Source: Phycisphaerae bacterium (GTDB taxonomy: Bacteria > Planctomycetota > Phycisphaerae > UBA1845 > Fen-1342). Taken from it: 64,000 nt of DNA. Below are positions 18,557-27,430 of this stretch, one piece after another. Location: the NCBI GenBank assembly GCA_050115495.1, contig JASFQK010000007.1, positions 64,001-128,000 of the forward strand. The letters run 5' to 3'. Below the pieces are notes generated by a model that made no database searches, had not been told where the DNA came from, and saw only the letters and a list, made by a program, of their open reading frames with translations. Each line of letters starts with the position of its first letter. Positions within the stretch are counted from its first letter, which is position 1. The translations under genes were made by a program, and so were the position numbers.

Positions 18557-19597
18557 ATGCCACGGATTCTCGGACCTTACAGCCGCCGACGGGCCTTTAC
18601 GCTCATTGAGCTGCTCGTCGTCGTCGCCATCATCGCGCTGCTCATCTCGATTCTGCTCCCCAGTCTCAGCGCGGCGCGCGAACAGGCCAAGACCACCAAG
18701 TGCGGCACCGCCCTGCGCGGCATCGGCACGGCCGTCGCCGCCTGTTGGGGTGACAACAACGAGTTCGGGCCGACGTGGGATGACGGCGATTGCGGCGAAC
18801 CCAAGGGCCAGCAGGACTACATGCTTACCTGGGTCGATGTCCTGTTCGACCTGAACTACATGAGCGACCCCAACGGCGGCCGCTGCCCCAAGGATGAGCG
18901 GCCCGACGAGGTCACCCGCATCCGCGGCGAGAGCTGGCAACACCACTTCGTCCGCTCCATGGGCGTCAGCGATCAGGGGCGTCCCGGCGTGCGCACCAGC
19001 TACGCCCTCAACGCCCAGATGCACTACAACTTCCTGGAGGACCGTTTCGAGGATGCGGCCCGCCAGGTCTACGCCATCGACGGCTGGTGGTGCTGGTTCG
19101 GCTCGCTCAACGCCGCCTGGCTCATGGCGCCGTCGGTGATCGGCATGGCCCCGCCGCCGCTGACCTTCCCCGGCGAGGACGGCACGATGGTCGGCTGGCG
19201 GCACGGCCGCGCCCTGCGGGCCGAGGCGCTGTTCTGCGACGGGCACGTGGGCAGCCTGATCCCGCGTGTCCCCCATTCAGTGGACGACCTCCTCTACCAT
19301 ACGGTCGACACCACCCGCGCCTTCACCTGGTTGCCGGGAGAGAGCTCGACGCGCGCCCGCGGCGACGCCTACGGCGATGACAACCCCGAGGGCATGGCCG
19401 GCTACGACCAGACGGGTCGGCCGGAGTGGTACAAACGCAAGACCAGCAACTACGGCGGCAAGTGGCTCGGACGCATCGACCCGAGCAACGGTGACAACTT
19501 CCACCCCTTCGGCATGCCCGAGGAACTCAGCGCGACCTGGCGAACCAACAACAACCGGTGGCGGAACCTCCCCAACGACTCAAACGGCAGGCAGTGA
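18557..19597 (+). CDS. Prepilin-type N-terminal cleavage/methylation protein with H-X9-DG-type motif (DUF1559-like)
   Basis: RRRAFTLIELLVVVAIIALLISILLPSLSAAREQAK..KC, SYALN, WRHG..AEALFCDGHV. Confidence 0.9.
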   Translation: MPRILGPYSRRRAFTLIELLVVVAIIALLISILLPSLSAAREQAKTTKCGTALRGIGTAVAACWGDNNEFGPTWDDGDCGEPKGQQDYMLTWVDVLFDLNYMSDPNGGRCPKDERPDEVTRIRGESWQHHFVRSMGVSDQGRPGVRTSYALNAQMHYNFLEDRFEDAARQVYAIDGWWCWFGSLNAAWLMAPSVIGMAPPPLTFPGEDGTMVGWRHGRALRAEALFCDGHVGSLIPRVPHSVDDLLYHTVDTTRAFTWLPGESSTRARGDAYGDDNPEGMAGYDQTGRPEWYKRKTSNYGGKWLGRIDPSNGDNFHPFGMPEELSATWRTNNNRWRNLPNDSNGRQ

Positions 19598-19600
19598 CGC

Positions 19601-20017
19601 ATGGCCGAGAAACAGCGCAACGTCGTCCTGGGCTCCATCGCGGTCATTGCCCTGCTCGTCGCTCTGTACATGTTCTTCGGCTTCGGGTCGGGGCGGCAGC
19701 GCCCGGATACGTACACCATCCAGGGCTTGTGCCTGGGCTGTCAGCAGGAGGTCAAGCTCTCCTTCGCCGCCGGCGAGCGCGAGCCGTACGAGTGCCCGCA
19801 ATGCCGGCAGATGGCGGTGTATCCGTGGCTGTACTGCTACGAATGCCAGAAGCTGTTCATCCCCAACCTGGTGCGCGGCGCCGACGGTGAGCCGCTGCGC
19901 TACCCCGGCCACCCCGCCTGTCCGGCCTGCCGCACGCAGCACGTCGGCTCGTACGTGCCCGAGCTCCCCACGCAGAAACCCACAGGCAAGCTCCCCCCGC
20001 CGGAATGGTCGCCCTGA
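19601..20017 (+). CDS. Membrane-anchored protein with four CxxC motifs (double zinc ribbon-like)
   Basis: N-terminal TM. CLGC, CPQC, CYEC, CPAC. Starts 3 nt after the prepilin stop. Confidence 0.8.
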   Translation: MAEKQRNVVLGSIAVIALLVALYMFFGFGSGRQRPDTYTIQGLCLGCQQEVKLSFAAGEREPYECPQCRQMAVYPWLYCYECQKLFIPNLVRGADGEPLRYPGHPACPACRTQHVGSYVPELPTQKPTGKLPPPEWSP

Positions 20018-20203
20018 CGGAGTGATGCCTCGCGTGTAGATCTGGCGGGGGAAGGCACACAGGCAGTAGAATGAGGCGTGCACGTGCGCTGGGCCGACGT
20101 CCGGCCACGCACGCAGCTCCCGCAAGCGGGGTAGCCGGGGCCCCCTCAGCAAGTCGTTCCGCTTCTGGTGCCGGCTGTGTCGCTGCTGGTGAGGAGGTCC
20201 ACC

Positions 20204-21898
20204 ATGTCCTACCTGCTCGCGTTTCTACTGGCGGTCGCAGTCGCCGCGTGTGCGTACCTAGCCTTCGTCTGGTGGCACGAGCGATCGACCCGGCGACAGC
20301 TCGAGCAGGAGAGCGAGGAGTACCGTACGACCGCTGAGCGCCGCCAGCAGCAGATGGAGACGGAACTCGAAAAACGGCGCCGCCAGGTCGCTCGGCTGGC
20401 GAAGTGGGAGAGCGTGGCCGACGCTGTGGACAAGGCGCGGCACCTGCTGGCGTCCGCAGAGGCGAAGTCCGCCCTTGCGGAAGCAAATGCCCAGAACATA
20501 ACGAACGATGCTCGCCAGCAGGCCGACCGGATGTTGGAGGAGGCACGGGTCGAAGCACGCGAGAAGACGGCCGGGGCCCGGGCGAAAGCCAAGCAACTGG
20601 CGGCAGAGGCGGAGACGGCGCTGGCGACGGCGACGAAGACCGCATCCGCCACGGTCCTTGAGGCCAACCGCCGAGCCGAGGAAATCGCCGGCAAAGCGTA
20701 TGACGTGGTTCGCAACGCCGAGTTGTACGAGCAAACCGCCAGAGCGATGAAGAACATCATCGAAGGATACGGAGACGAGTATCTCAAGCCGGCCGCCAGC
20801 CTATTGGACGAACTGGCCGAGGCCTTCGGACACAAGGACGCCGGCCGGCAATTGAAGCTCGCCCGAGAGCATACCGAGTCGATGGTGGACAAGGGGCAGG
20901 CGTCGCGTTGTGAATACGTGGAGACGAGCCGCCGCGAGGGAGCGGAGCGCTTCGTGCTGGATGCGTTCAACGGAAGAGTCGATTCGATTCTGTCTCGCGC
21001 GAGCCACGACAACTATGGCAAGCTCGAACAGGAAATCCAGGACGCGTTCGCCACCGTCAATTTCGGTGGCAAGGCCTTCCGCGAGGCCAGGATCACGGAC
21101 GAGTACCTCGCGGCGCGGCTGGCCGAGTTGAAGTGGGCTGCCGTCGCGCAAGAGCTCAGGAGACGGGAGCAGGAGGAGCAACGGGAGTTCCGCAACTGGA
21201 TTCGCGAAGAGCAGAAGGCCCAACGGGAACTGGAGAAGGCGGCGCGCGAGGCGGCCAAGGAAGAGGATCTGCTGCGTAAGGCGCTGGCCCAGGCTCAGGC
21301 CGAGGTCGCGGCCGCGAGCGAGGAACAGCGGGCCCAGTACGAAGCGCAACTGGCCGAGCTCGGTGTCAAGCTCAAGGAGGCCGAAGAACGCAACCAGCGA
21401 GCCAGGTCCATGGCGCAGCAGACTCGCCGTGGCCACGTGTACATCATCTCCAACATCGGCTCCTTCGGCGAGAACGTGTACAAGATCGGCCTGACCCGCC
21501 GGCTGGACCCGCTGGAGCGTGTCAAGGAACTCGGCGACGCCAGCGTGCCGTTCGAGTTCGACGTCCACGCCATCCTCTACAGCGACGATGCGCCGGCCCT
21601 AGAGACGCAACTGCACAAGCACTTCATCCTGACGCAGATGAACAAGGTCAACCATCGCAAGGAGTTCTTCCGGGCGAATATCGCGGACATCCGGCGTGAG
21701 GTGGAGAGCCTCGGGGTCGAGGCCAAGTGGACGATGCTCGCCGAAGCCCGGGAATACCACGAGACCCTGGCGATCGAACGAGTTATCGAAGGGGACACCG
21801 CAGCACGCGAGGCCTGGTTGAACCGGCAGCTCACGTTGGACCCGGTCGAAGTCCGGGAGGTCGCCACCGAAGATGGGGAATCCTCGGACCCTTCGTGA
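20204..21898 (+). CDS. TM + coiled coil + DUF4041 + T5orf172/GIY-YIG-like nuclease domain protein
   Basis: GAGGAGG RBS and TM MSYLLAFLLAVAVAACAYLAFVWW. FVLDAFNG...YLAARLAEL. GHVYIISNIGSFGENVYKIGLTRRLDPLERVKELGDASVPFEFDVHA...VNHRKEFF. Confidence 0.9.
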   Translation: MSYLLAFLLAVAVAACAYLAFVWWHERSTRRQLEQESEEYRTTAERRQQQMETELEKRRRQVARLAKWESVADAVDKARHLLASAEAKSALAEANAQNITNDARQQADRMLEEARVEAREKTAGARAKAKQLAAEAETALATATKTASATVLEANRRAEEIAGKAYDVVRNAELYEQTARAMKNIIEGYGDEYLKPAASLLDELAEAFGHKDAGRQLKLAREHTESMVDKGQASRCEYVETSRREGAERFVLDAFNGRVDSILSRASHDNYGKLEQEIQDAFATVNFGGKAFREARITDEYLAARLAELKWAAVAQELRRREQEEQREFRNWIREEQKAQRELEKAAREAAKEEDLLRKALAQAQAEVAAASEEQRAQYEAQLAELGVKLKEAEERNQRARSMAQQTRRGHVYIISNIGSFGENVYKIGLTRRLDPLERVKELGDASVPFEFDVHAILYSDDAPALETQLHKHFILTQMNKVNHRKEFFRANIADIRREVESLGVEAKWTMLAEAREYHETLAIERVIEGDTAAREAWLNRQLTLDPVEVREVATEDGESSDPS

Positions 21899-21986
21899 AA
21901 GACTCTCGCCCGCGGTGCCGACATCGGACATCGTACCGAACATGACACAGAGCCGTCGTCTGCCGGCGCGCGAGACGGCTTCCCCG

Positions 21987-22128
21987 TTCGACGTCGGTCA
22001 CGGGGGGCCGACGCTACAGAGAGAACGGACGCATCCTGCGAATCGACGGCCGACACGGAGGTCGGCCGCTACGGCGGCGTGCGGAACGGCGTTCACATTC
22101 GACGTCCGCCACGGGGGGCGAACGTTAC
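21987..22128 (-). repeat. Cluster of three 31-bp GTAG-type REP-like palindromes
   Basis: Units at 21987-22017, 22042-22072 and 22098-22128. Each has an 8-bp stem around an ACGG(A/G)G loop and ends CTAC/TTAC (GTAG on the minus strand). Confidence 0.75.
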
Positions 22129-22143
22129 TCGGGCGGCGTAGCC

Positions 22144-24084
22144 CTACGGGTTCGGCGGTGACATGAGCTGGGCAAACGCCACCACGTCGGGGAAATCGAT
22201 CTCGCCCGACGCGTCGAAGTCGAACCAGCAGAACCACTCCGGCGGCGTTTCCGGGTTGACGGCCACGTCGCCAAAATGCTGCTGCAACCGGGCGAAGTCC
22301 GCCAAATCAGCGTCCTCGTCGCCATCGGCGTCGCCGGTGGGCGGGCTGACGGCGTCGGACTCGTCGGCCCCCATGTCCACACGGCAGCCCTGAACTCGTG
22401 GCTGACCGTCGAGGTCCGTTTCGTCGACCTCGGGCAGGAAGTCTGGATCGCCGGCCTGGAGGCACGGCGACGTGGCCTGGATGTGGAAGTCGTCGTCGGC
22501 GCCGTCGACACCGAAGAACTGCGGATCGGCGTCGATGTTGCCCGTCAGCCACTCCAGCGTGGAGTCCGCACCAACGTACACGGCCTCTATGCCGCCCTGC
22601 GCGTCACAATACGTGACCGTGGCCAGCGACACATCCTCGGGAGACCAACAGCCCAGGTACAGCTCAGCGCCGAACACACCGGTGTCACCCCAGAGAATGC
22701 TGTTCGAGACGGCCAGCTCGCTGGAGTACGAGGCAATACCACCCCCGGCCCCGTACACGTCCGAGCAGGCGTTCATGGCGATCGTGCAGCCGAGAACGGT
22801 CGTCTGGCTTCCGTCGACATAGACGCCGCCGCCATCGACGTCAGCCGTGTTCTCGGTGATGGCGCAGTTCCGGATGTTGAGCGTGGTGCCTTCGTAGCCG
22901 AGGATCCCGCCACCGCCGGCCGCGTGGTTGTCCGCGATCGTGCAGTAGCGAATCGTGGCGACACCGTCTTCGATGTACACGCCGCCGGCACTCTGCGTCG
23001 CTTCATTGTCGATGATCGTACAGCCGGTGATCGTCACCGGCCCACCGGCCGAATACACTCCGCCGCCGCCGTCCATGAGGCTCCAGCCCCCGGTTACGAC
23101 GTTGCCCGAGATCAGGCCACCCTCGATGGTCAGCTCGCTCTCCCAGGACGCGCTCACGCCGCCCCCGCCGCAGAAGTCTTCGGCCGTGACGGTGTTGTCG
23201 GTAATCGTGCAGCCGGTAAGGCTGATCGTAGCCCACAGCCCCTCGATGCCGCCGCCGAACGCCTGGTTGCCGCTCGCGGTGTTGCCGCTGACCGTGCAGC
23301 CGGCGAGGTAGGCGGCGCAACTGGTGATCTTCAGGCCTCCGCCCGAGCTGCCGGACAATGCGGGGCTGCCCACCTCGTTGCCGCTGATGCTGCCACCGGT
23401 GGCGGTCACGCCGACCACGTCGCAGTACACACCGCCGCCGTACCCCCAATCGCCGGTGACCGCGTTGTCGGTGATCGTGCAATCGGTGAGCGTCACCTGC
23501 TCGGCGTCTTCGACGTAGCCGACACAGGCGATCCCGCCGCCGTAGTCCGTAGCGGTGTTTTCCGTGATCGTGCAATCCTCGAACATGGGGCTGCCGTTCC
23601 AGACCTGGACGCCACCGCCCTCGTCCGCCGCATTGCCGGTGATTACGCAGTGGCGCACCGTTGGGCTGGCGTTGGTGATCTTGATGCCGCCGCCCTGGTA
23701 CGCCAACCCGCTGCGAATCGTGAAGCCGTCGAGCGTGGCGGCCGCGGGCGCCGCGATCTCGAAGGTAACCACGCTGCCGGAGGCCTTGCCGTCGATGATC
23801 GTGTGGGCCACGCGGTCCGGATCGTTCGGGTCGGACGTCAGCGTGATCTCGCGTGCGGGAAAGACCAGATTCTCGATGTAGGCTCCGGCCGGCGACCCGA
23901 CCGACGACATCACCATGACGGTGTCACCATCGCCGGCGGCGTTCAGGGCTTCCTGAATCGTCGAATAGTCGCCGCCGCCGTTCCAGTCGACGACGATCAC
24001 CCCACGCTGGCCGCCGAGGGCACTGGCGGTGAGAGACAGGGACAGCACGAGCATAGACACGGACAGGGTAGTCGCGGGGCGCAT
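22144..24084 (-). CDS. Secreted right-handed parallel beta-helix repeat protein with C-terminal Ca-binding/dockerin-like tail
   Basis: Signal peptide. DYSTIQEAL, many CTITxN.A..GGG repeats, NIDADPQF...DFHI..TSPCL.AG...RVDMGADE. Tail GDADGDEDADLADF...DFDASGEIDFPDV. Confidence 0.85.
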   Translation of the reverse strand: MRPATTLSVSMLVLSLSLTASALGGQRGVIVVDWNGGGDYSTIQEALNAAGDGDTVMVMSSVGSPAGAYIENLVFPAREITLTSDPNDPDRVAHTIIDGKASGSVVTFEIAAPAAATLDGFTIRSGLAYQGGGIKITNASPTVRHCVITGNAADEGGGVQVWNGSPMFEDCTITENTATDYGGGIACVGYVEDAEQVTLTDCTITDNAVTGDWGYGGGVYCDVVGVTATGGSISGNEVGSPALSGSSGGGLKITSCAAYLAGCTVSGNTASGNQAFGGGIEGLWATISLTGCTITDNTVTAEDFCGGGGVSASWESELTIEGGLISGNVVTGGWSLMDGGGGVYSAGGPVTITGCTIIDNEATQSAGGVYIEDGVATIRYCTIADNHAAGGGGILGYEGTTLNIRNCAITENTADVDGGGVYVDGSQTTVLGCTIAMNACSDVYGAGGGIASYSSELAVSNSILWGDTGVFGAELYLGCWSPEDVSLATVTYCDAQGGIEAVYVGADSTLEWLTGNIDADPQFFGVDGADDDFHIQATSPCLQAGDPDFLPEVDETDLDGQPRVQGCRVDMGADESDAVSPPTGDADGDEDADLADFARLQQHFGDVAVNPETPPEWFCWFDFDASGEIDFPDVVAFAQLMSPPNP

Positions 24085-24232
24085 CCTTCTCCCTCCTGCT
24101 GAGCGGTTTTGGGAGGCACACTCCCTTCCTATGGAAAACAAACGACGTGCGCTTCCATACAGACTACTGATTCGCCGCCGGTGGATCCAGTCAAATCTGG
24201 CATAAACGGAGACGTAGCCGTTATCCGTTCTG

Positions 24233-25690
24233 TTAGCGCGGCGGGTAGAGCGCGAAGTCCCAGATCGTCGGGCCGAGCGTGGCTTCGGTGATCACCAGGC
24301 GAACGCGACGGGCGGTCACAGGCGGGAAGGTCACGTCGACGCCCGGCCCGCCGATGGTCGTGCCCTGGTAGATAGTCCGCCAGCCGCCGTCGTCGTCAGG
24401 GACCTGCAACTCGAAGGCGCGGATCGAGTCGTTGTACTCGCTGAGCGTGGCCCGCGCGAACCGCTGCGGGCCGCCGAGATCCACCTCCAGCCACGCCGAC
24501 CGCACCTCGTCACCGGTGGCCCAGCGCGTGCCCGCCTCCGGCGTAATGTCCATATCGACCGCACGTTGCGGCCCCCAGCGGCCGTAGTCGCCGTGGTACA
24601 CGTTGGAGGCCATCACCGGCCGCCCGACCAGCAGCGAACTCTGCACGCGCTCCGGATGCTGGATCAACTCGGCGACCTCGACCAGCCGCTGCACCGTCTC
24701 CGCCGGAATGCGGCCGGTCTTGTCGGGCCAGGCGTTCAGCAGCAGGTTCGCCTTGCGGCCGACCGACCAGCGATAGAGCTCGACGAGCTGCCGGGCCGAC
24801 CGAATGTCGTCGTTCGGCCCCCAGAACCAGCGCTGCTGCCCGACCGTGTCGCACACCTCGTCGGGAATGTAGTACAGGTGGTCTTTGAAGGAGATCCACG
24901 GATTGTGCCCCATGGGCCGCGGGACGGTGCGCTCGCCGTTGTTCAGGTCCTTCGGCCAGATGGGCACTGGTGTTTCGGAGAGGACCTTGCCGATGTAGCT
25001 GGGCTTGTACTCCGCGATGGTGCTGCCGTCGACGAAGCTCTGGTTGAGCAGGACCAGGCAATCGGGCTGGAGCGATTTGCAGTGGGCGTACAGCCGTTGG
25101 AGCACGCCGGCCATGTCGGGCCCGACATCCCAGGCGATGTCGAACCACAGCTCGGTGATCGGGCCGTAGCCGGTGAGCAACTCACGGAGCTGGTCGTGCA
25201 CGAACTGCTCGTACTCAGCGGGCGTGCGCGACTGTTGGTGGACCCGATCCCAGCCGAGCGAGTAGTAGAAGCCGGGCTTCAGGTCGTGCCGGCGGCAGGC
25301 CTCCACGAACGCCTTCACCACATCGGTCTTGTCGCCGCTGGTGGCCACGGTGTAGTCCGAACAGGCGCTGGGCCACAGGGCGTGCCCGTAGTGATGCTTG
25401 ACGGTGAGCACCATGTACTTCATGCCGGCGGCCTCGGCCGTCTGCGCCCATTGCTCGACGTCGAGGTCGGTCGGGGCGTAGGCGGTACTGGGGTGCTCGA
25501 ACCGGCCGAACTGGTCGCCGACGAACGTGCTCAGGCCGTAGTGGATGAACATGCCGTAGTGCAGCTTCTCCCAGTCGCGGAGCACGGGCGTCTGCGCGGT
25601 GGCCACGCCGGGGGCACCGTCCGGCGGTTCGGCGGCCGGGGCGAAGTTCACCATCAGCAGAGCGATCACGAGGATGAAGCAGCGGCGCAT
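24233..25690 (-). CDS. Alpha-L-fucosidase (GH29) with C-terminal F5/8 type C (CBM32-like) domain
   Basis: YGMFIHYG, AGMKYMVLTVKHHYGHALW, LLTGYGPITELWFD, SVGRKANLLLN. C-terminal TRWA...WLEVDLG...FPPVTARRVRL. Confidence 0.9.
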   Translation of the reverse strand: MRRCFILVIALLMVNFAPAAEPPDGAPGVATAQTPVLRDWEKLHYGMFIHYGLSTFVGDQFGRFEHPSTAYAPTDLDVEQWAQTAEAAGMKYMVLTVKHHYGHALWPSACSDYTVATSGDKTDVVKAFVEACRRHDLKPGFYYSLGWDRVHQQSRTPAEYEQFVHDQLRELLTGYGPITELWFDIAWDVGPDMAGVLQRLYAHCKSLQPDCLVLLNQSFVDGSTIAEYKPSYIGKVLSETPVPIWPKDLNNGERTVPRPMGHNPWISFKDHLYYIPDEVCDTVGQQRWFWGPNDDIRSARQLVELYRWSVGRKANLLLNAWPDKTGRIPAETVQRLVEVAELIQHPERVQSSLLVGRPVMASNVYHGDYGRWGPQRAVDMDITPEAGTRWATGDEVRSAWLEVDLGGPQRFARATLSEYNDSIRAFELQVPDDDGGWRTIYQGTTIGGPGVDVTFPPVTARRVRLVITEATLGPTIWDFALYPPR

Positions 25691-25845
25691 GGTGGACCCT
25701 CCTGGTGCACGTGATCTCCGAGCACGGCCGACGGCGGGCGGCGACGCGATTCAGCGTGATTGTGCCCGGGGCTCGCGTCGCCGGCAAGCGGTCAGCGGAT
25801 CGACGTGGCGCGGGGGACGGAACGAAAGTGAACGGCGGCGCCGCG

Positions 25846-26111
25846 GGGTGCCACTAGTGGCTTGTCCACTGGTGCCGTCATCCGTTGGCCATCGACGGCC
25901 GACACGGAGAGCGGCCGCTACGTCGCGGCATACCACGCTGGCCACGGGGGGCGAGCTTATGAATCAACCCCGCGTGGGTCGGGTGTCCCGCCCGACATTC
26001 GTTGATTTCAAGGCAAAAGCGGCAGGCGAGACGCCTGCCCCACCCAGTGTTGGGGGTTGATTCTCAAGCTCGGCCGACGCCACAACGTCCGGTGCGGAGC
26101 CCGGACGCTAC
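25846..26111. repeat. Mixed REP-like palindrome cluster
   Basis: 25891-25921 differs from 22042-22072 at only 2 positions. Related units at ~25934-25960 and 26083-26111 (cgtccgg..ccggacg-ctac). A GTGG-type inverted pair at ~25974-25997 and ~26023-26043. Confidence 0.7.
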
Positions 26112-26159
26112 AGGGCGTCCCGGCATACCGGGATCGGCCGCCCATGCGACCGTCGGGGA

Positions 26160-27083
26160 CTATTCCTTGCCCTGGTAGATCGCCATGATCTTCTTGAGCA
26201 TGGTGACCGCCTCGGCCTTGGGCCGCTGGAAAGCGTTGCGGCCGATGATCGAGCCGAAGCCGCCGCCGTCGCGAATCGCGCGGGCGTCCTCGTAGACGGC
26301 GTCCGCGCCCTTCGTCGCTCCACCGGAGAAGATCACGATCCGCCGGCCGCCGAAGGCCGACTGCACCACGTGCTCCACACGCTCGGCACCGGTACCGATG
26401 GCGATCTTCTCCTTGTCGTAGACCTTCTTGGCCGCGGGCAGCTCGATGTGGGCCGTAGGCAGCTTGACCTTGACGATGTGGGCGCCAAGCTGGCAGGCGA
26501 TCTGGGCGGCGTAGGCGGCCACGTCGACCGCGGTCTCGCCTTCCTTGCTCAGGTCCTCGCCGCGGGGGTACGACCAAACGACGACCGCCAGGCCGGCGGA
26601 CTTCGCCTCTTCCGAAAGGGCCTGAAGCTGCTCGTACATCGCCGTGTTCAGGGCGGAGCCGGGGTAGATGGTGAAACCGATGGCGGCGCAGCCGAGGCGC
26701 AGGGCGTGATCGATCGAGGCGGTCACCGCCGGCATCGGATTCTTCTCGTCGTGCAGCACCTCGTGGTTGTTGACTTTGAGGATGAGGGGCAGCTCACCGG
26801 CGAACGTGCGGGCCCCGGCCTCTAGGAAGCCGAGCGGCGCAGCGTAGGCGTTGCAGCCGGCCTCAAGGGCGAGCTCGAAGTGGTAGTGCGGGTTGTAGCC
26901 GGGCGGGTTCGGGGCGAAGCTCCGCGCGGGACCATGCTCAAAGCCCTGGTCGACCGGCAGAATGACAAACATGCCCGTGTCAGCCAGCGTGCCGGTGCCC
27001 ATCATCCAGCGCAGCTTGGCCAGCGAGCCGCCGTTGTCCGCTTCGTACCAACTGAGAATCTGCTTGACACGATCCGACATCAT
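26160..27083 (-). CDS. fbaB: Class I fructose-bisphosphate aldolase
   Basis: ILPVDQGFEHGPARSFAPNP, IGFTIYPGS, VVWSYPRG, AHIVKVK, GSIIGRNAFQRP. Confidence 0.93.
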   Translation of the reverse strand: MMSDRVKQILSWYEADNGGSLAKLRWMMGTGTLADTGMFVILPVDQGFEHGPARSFAPNPPGYNPHYHFELALEAGCNAYAAPLGFLEAGARTFAGELPLILKVNNHEVLHDEKNPMPAVTASIDHALRLGCAAIGFTIYPGSALNTAMYEQLQALSEEAKSAGLAVVVWSYPRGEDLSKEGETAVDVAAYAAQIACQLGAHIVKVKLPTAHIELPAAKKVYDKEKIAIGTGAERVEHVVQSAFGGRRIVIFSGGATKGADAVYEDARAIRDGGGFGSIIGRNAFQRPKAEAVTMLKKIMAIYQGKE

Positions 27084-27430
27084 GGCTGCGACTCCATCCT
27101 GTAAGGCCGGCCTCGGCCGAACGCCCGAATACGCCCGACCGTCGGCCTTCGACGTGCCTCGATGTCCCGCTACGGTGCGGGCACACATTCCTTTGCTCGT
27201 GCATGTTTTATCGGCCTGAGGCCCGTTCGGCAACTTCGGGCCTCGTGGGAAACCACGCGAGACAGCCCCGACAGGGAGTCGGGCGAACGTTTGCGCTCGT
27301 GAAGCAATCCTCGACTCCGGGTGGGCAAGGGGCTCGCCTGTCGCTTTCTCGCTGATACCAAAGGATATCGGACGAAATGCCTGACCCACCCGAGGCGAAT
27401 TTGCGAGCTCGGAGACCGCGGCCAGCGTCG

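Noticed and set aside
19601..20017. Multiheme cytochrome c
   Set aside because: The CxxC motifs are not followed by His.
21987..22128. Mini CRISPR array (3 x 31 nt, 24-25 nt spacers)
   Set aside because: Units differ substantially in sequence while conserving a hairpin, end in the REP-type CTAC, recur singly elsewhere, and no cas genes are present.
27084..27430. Riboswitch or ncRNA upstream of fbaB
   Set aside because: Only weak imperfect palindromes. Nothing matching an RNA family I can support.
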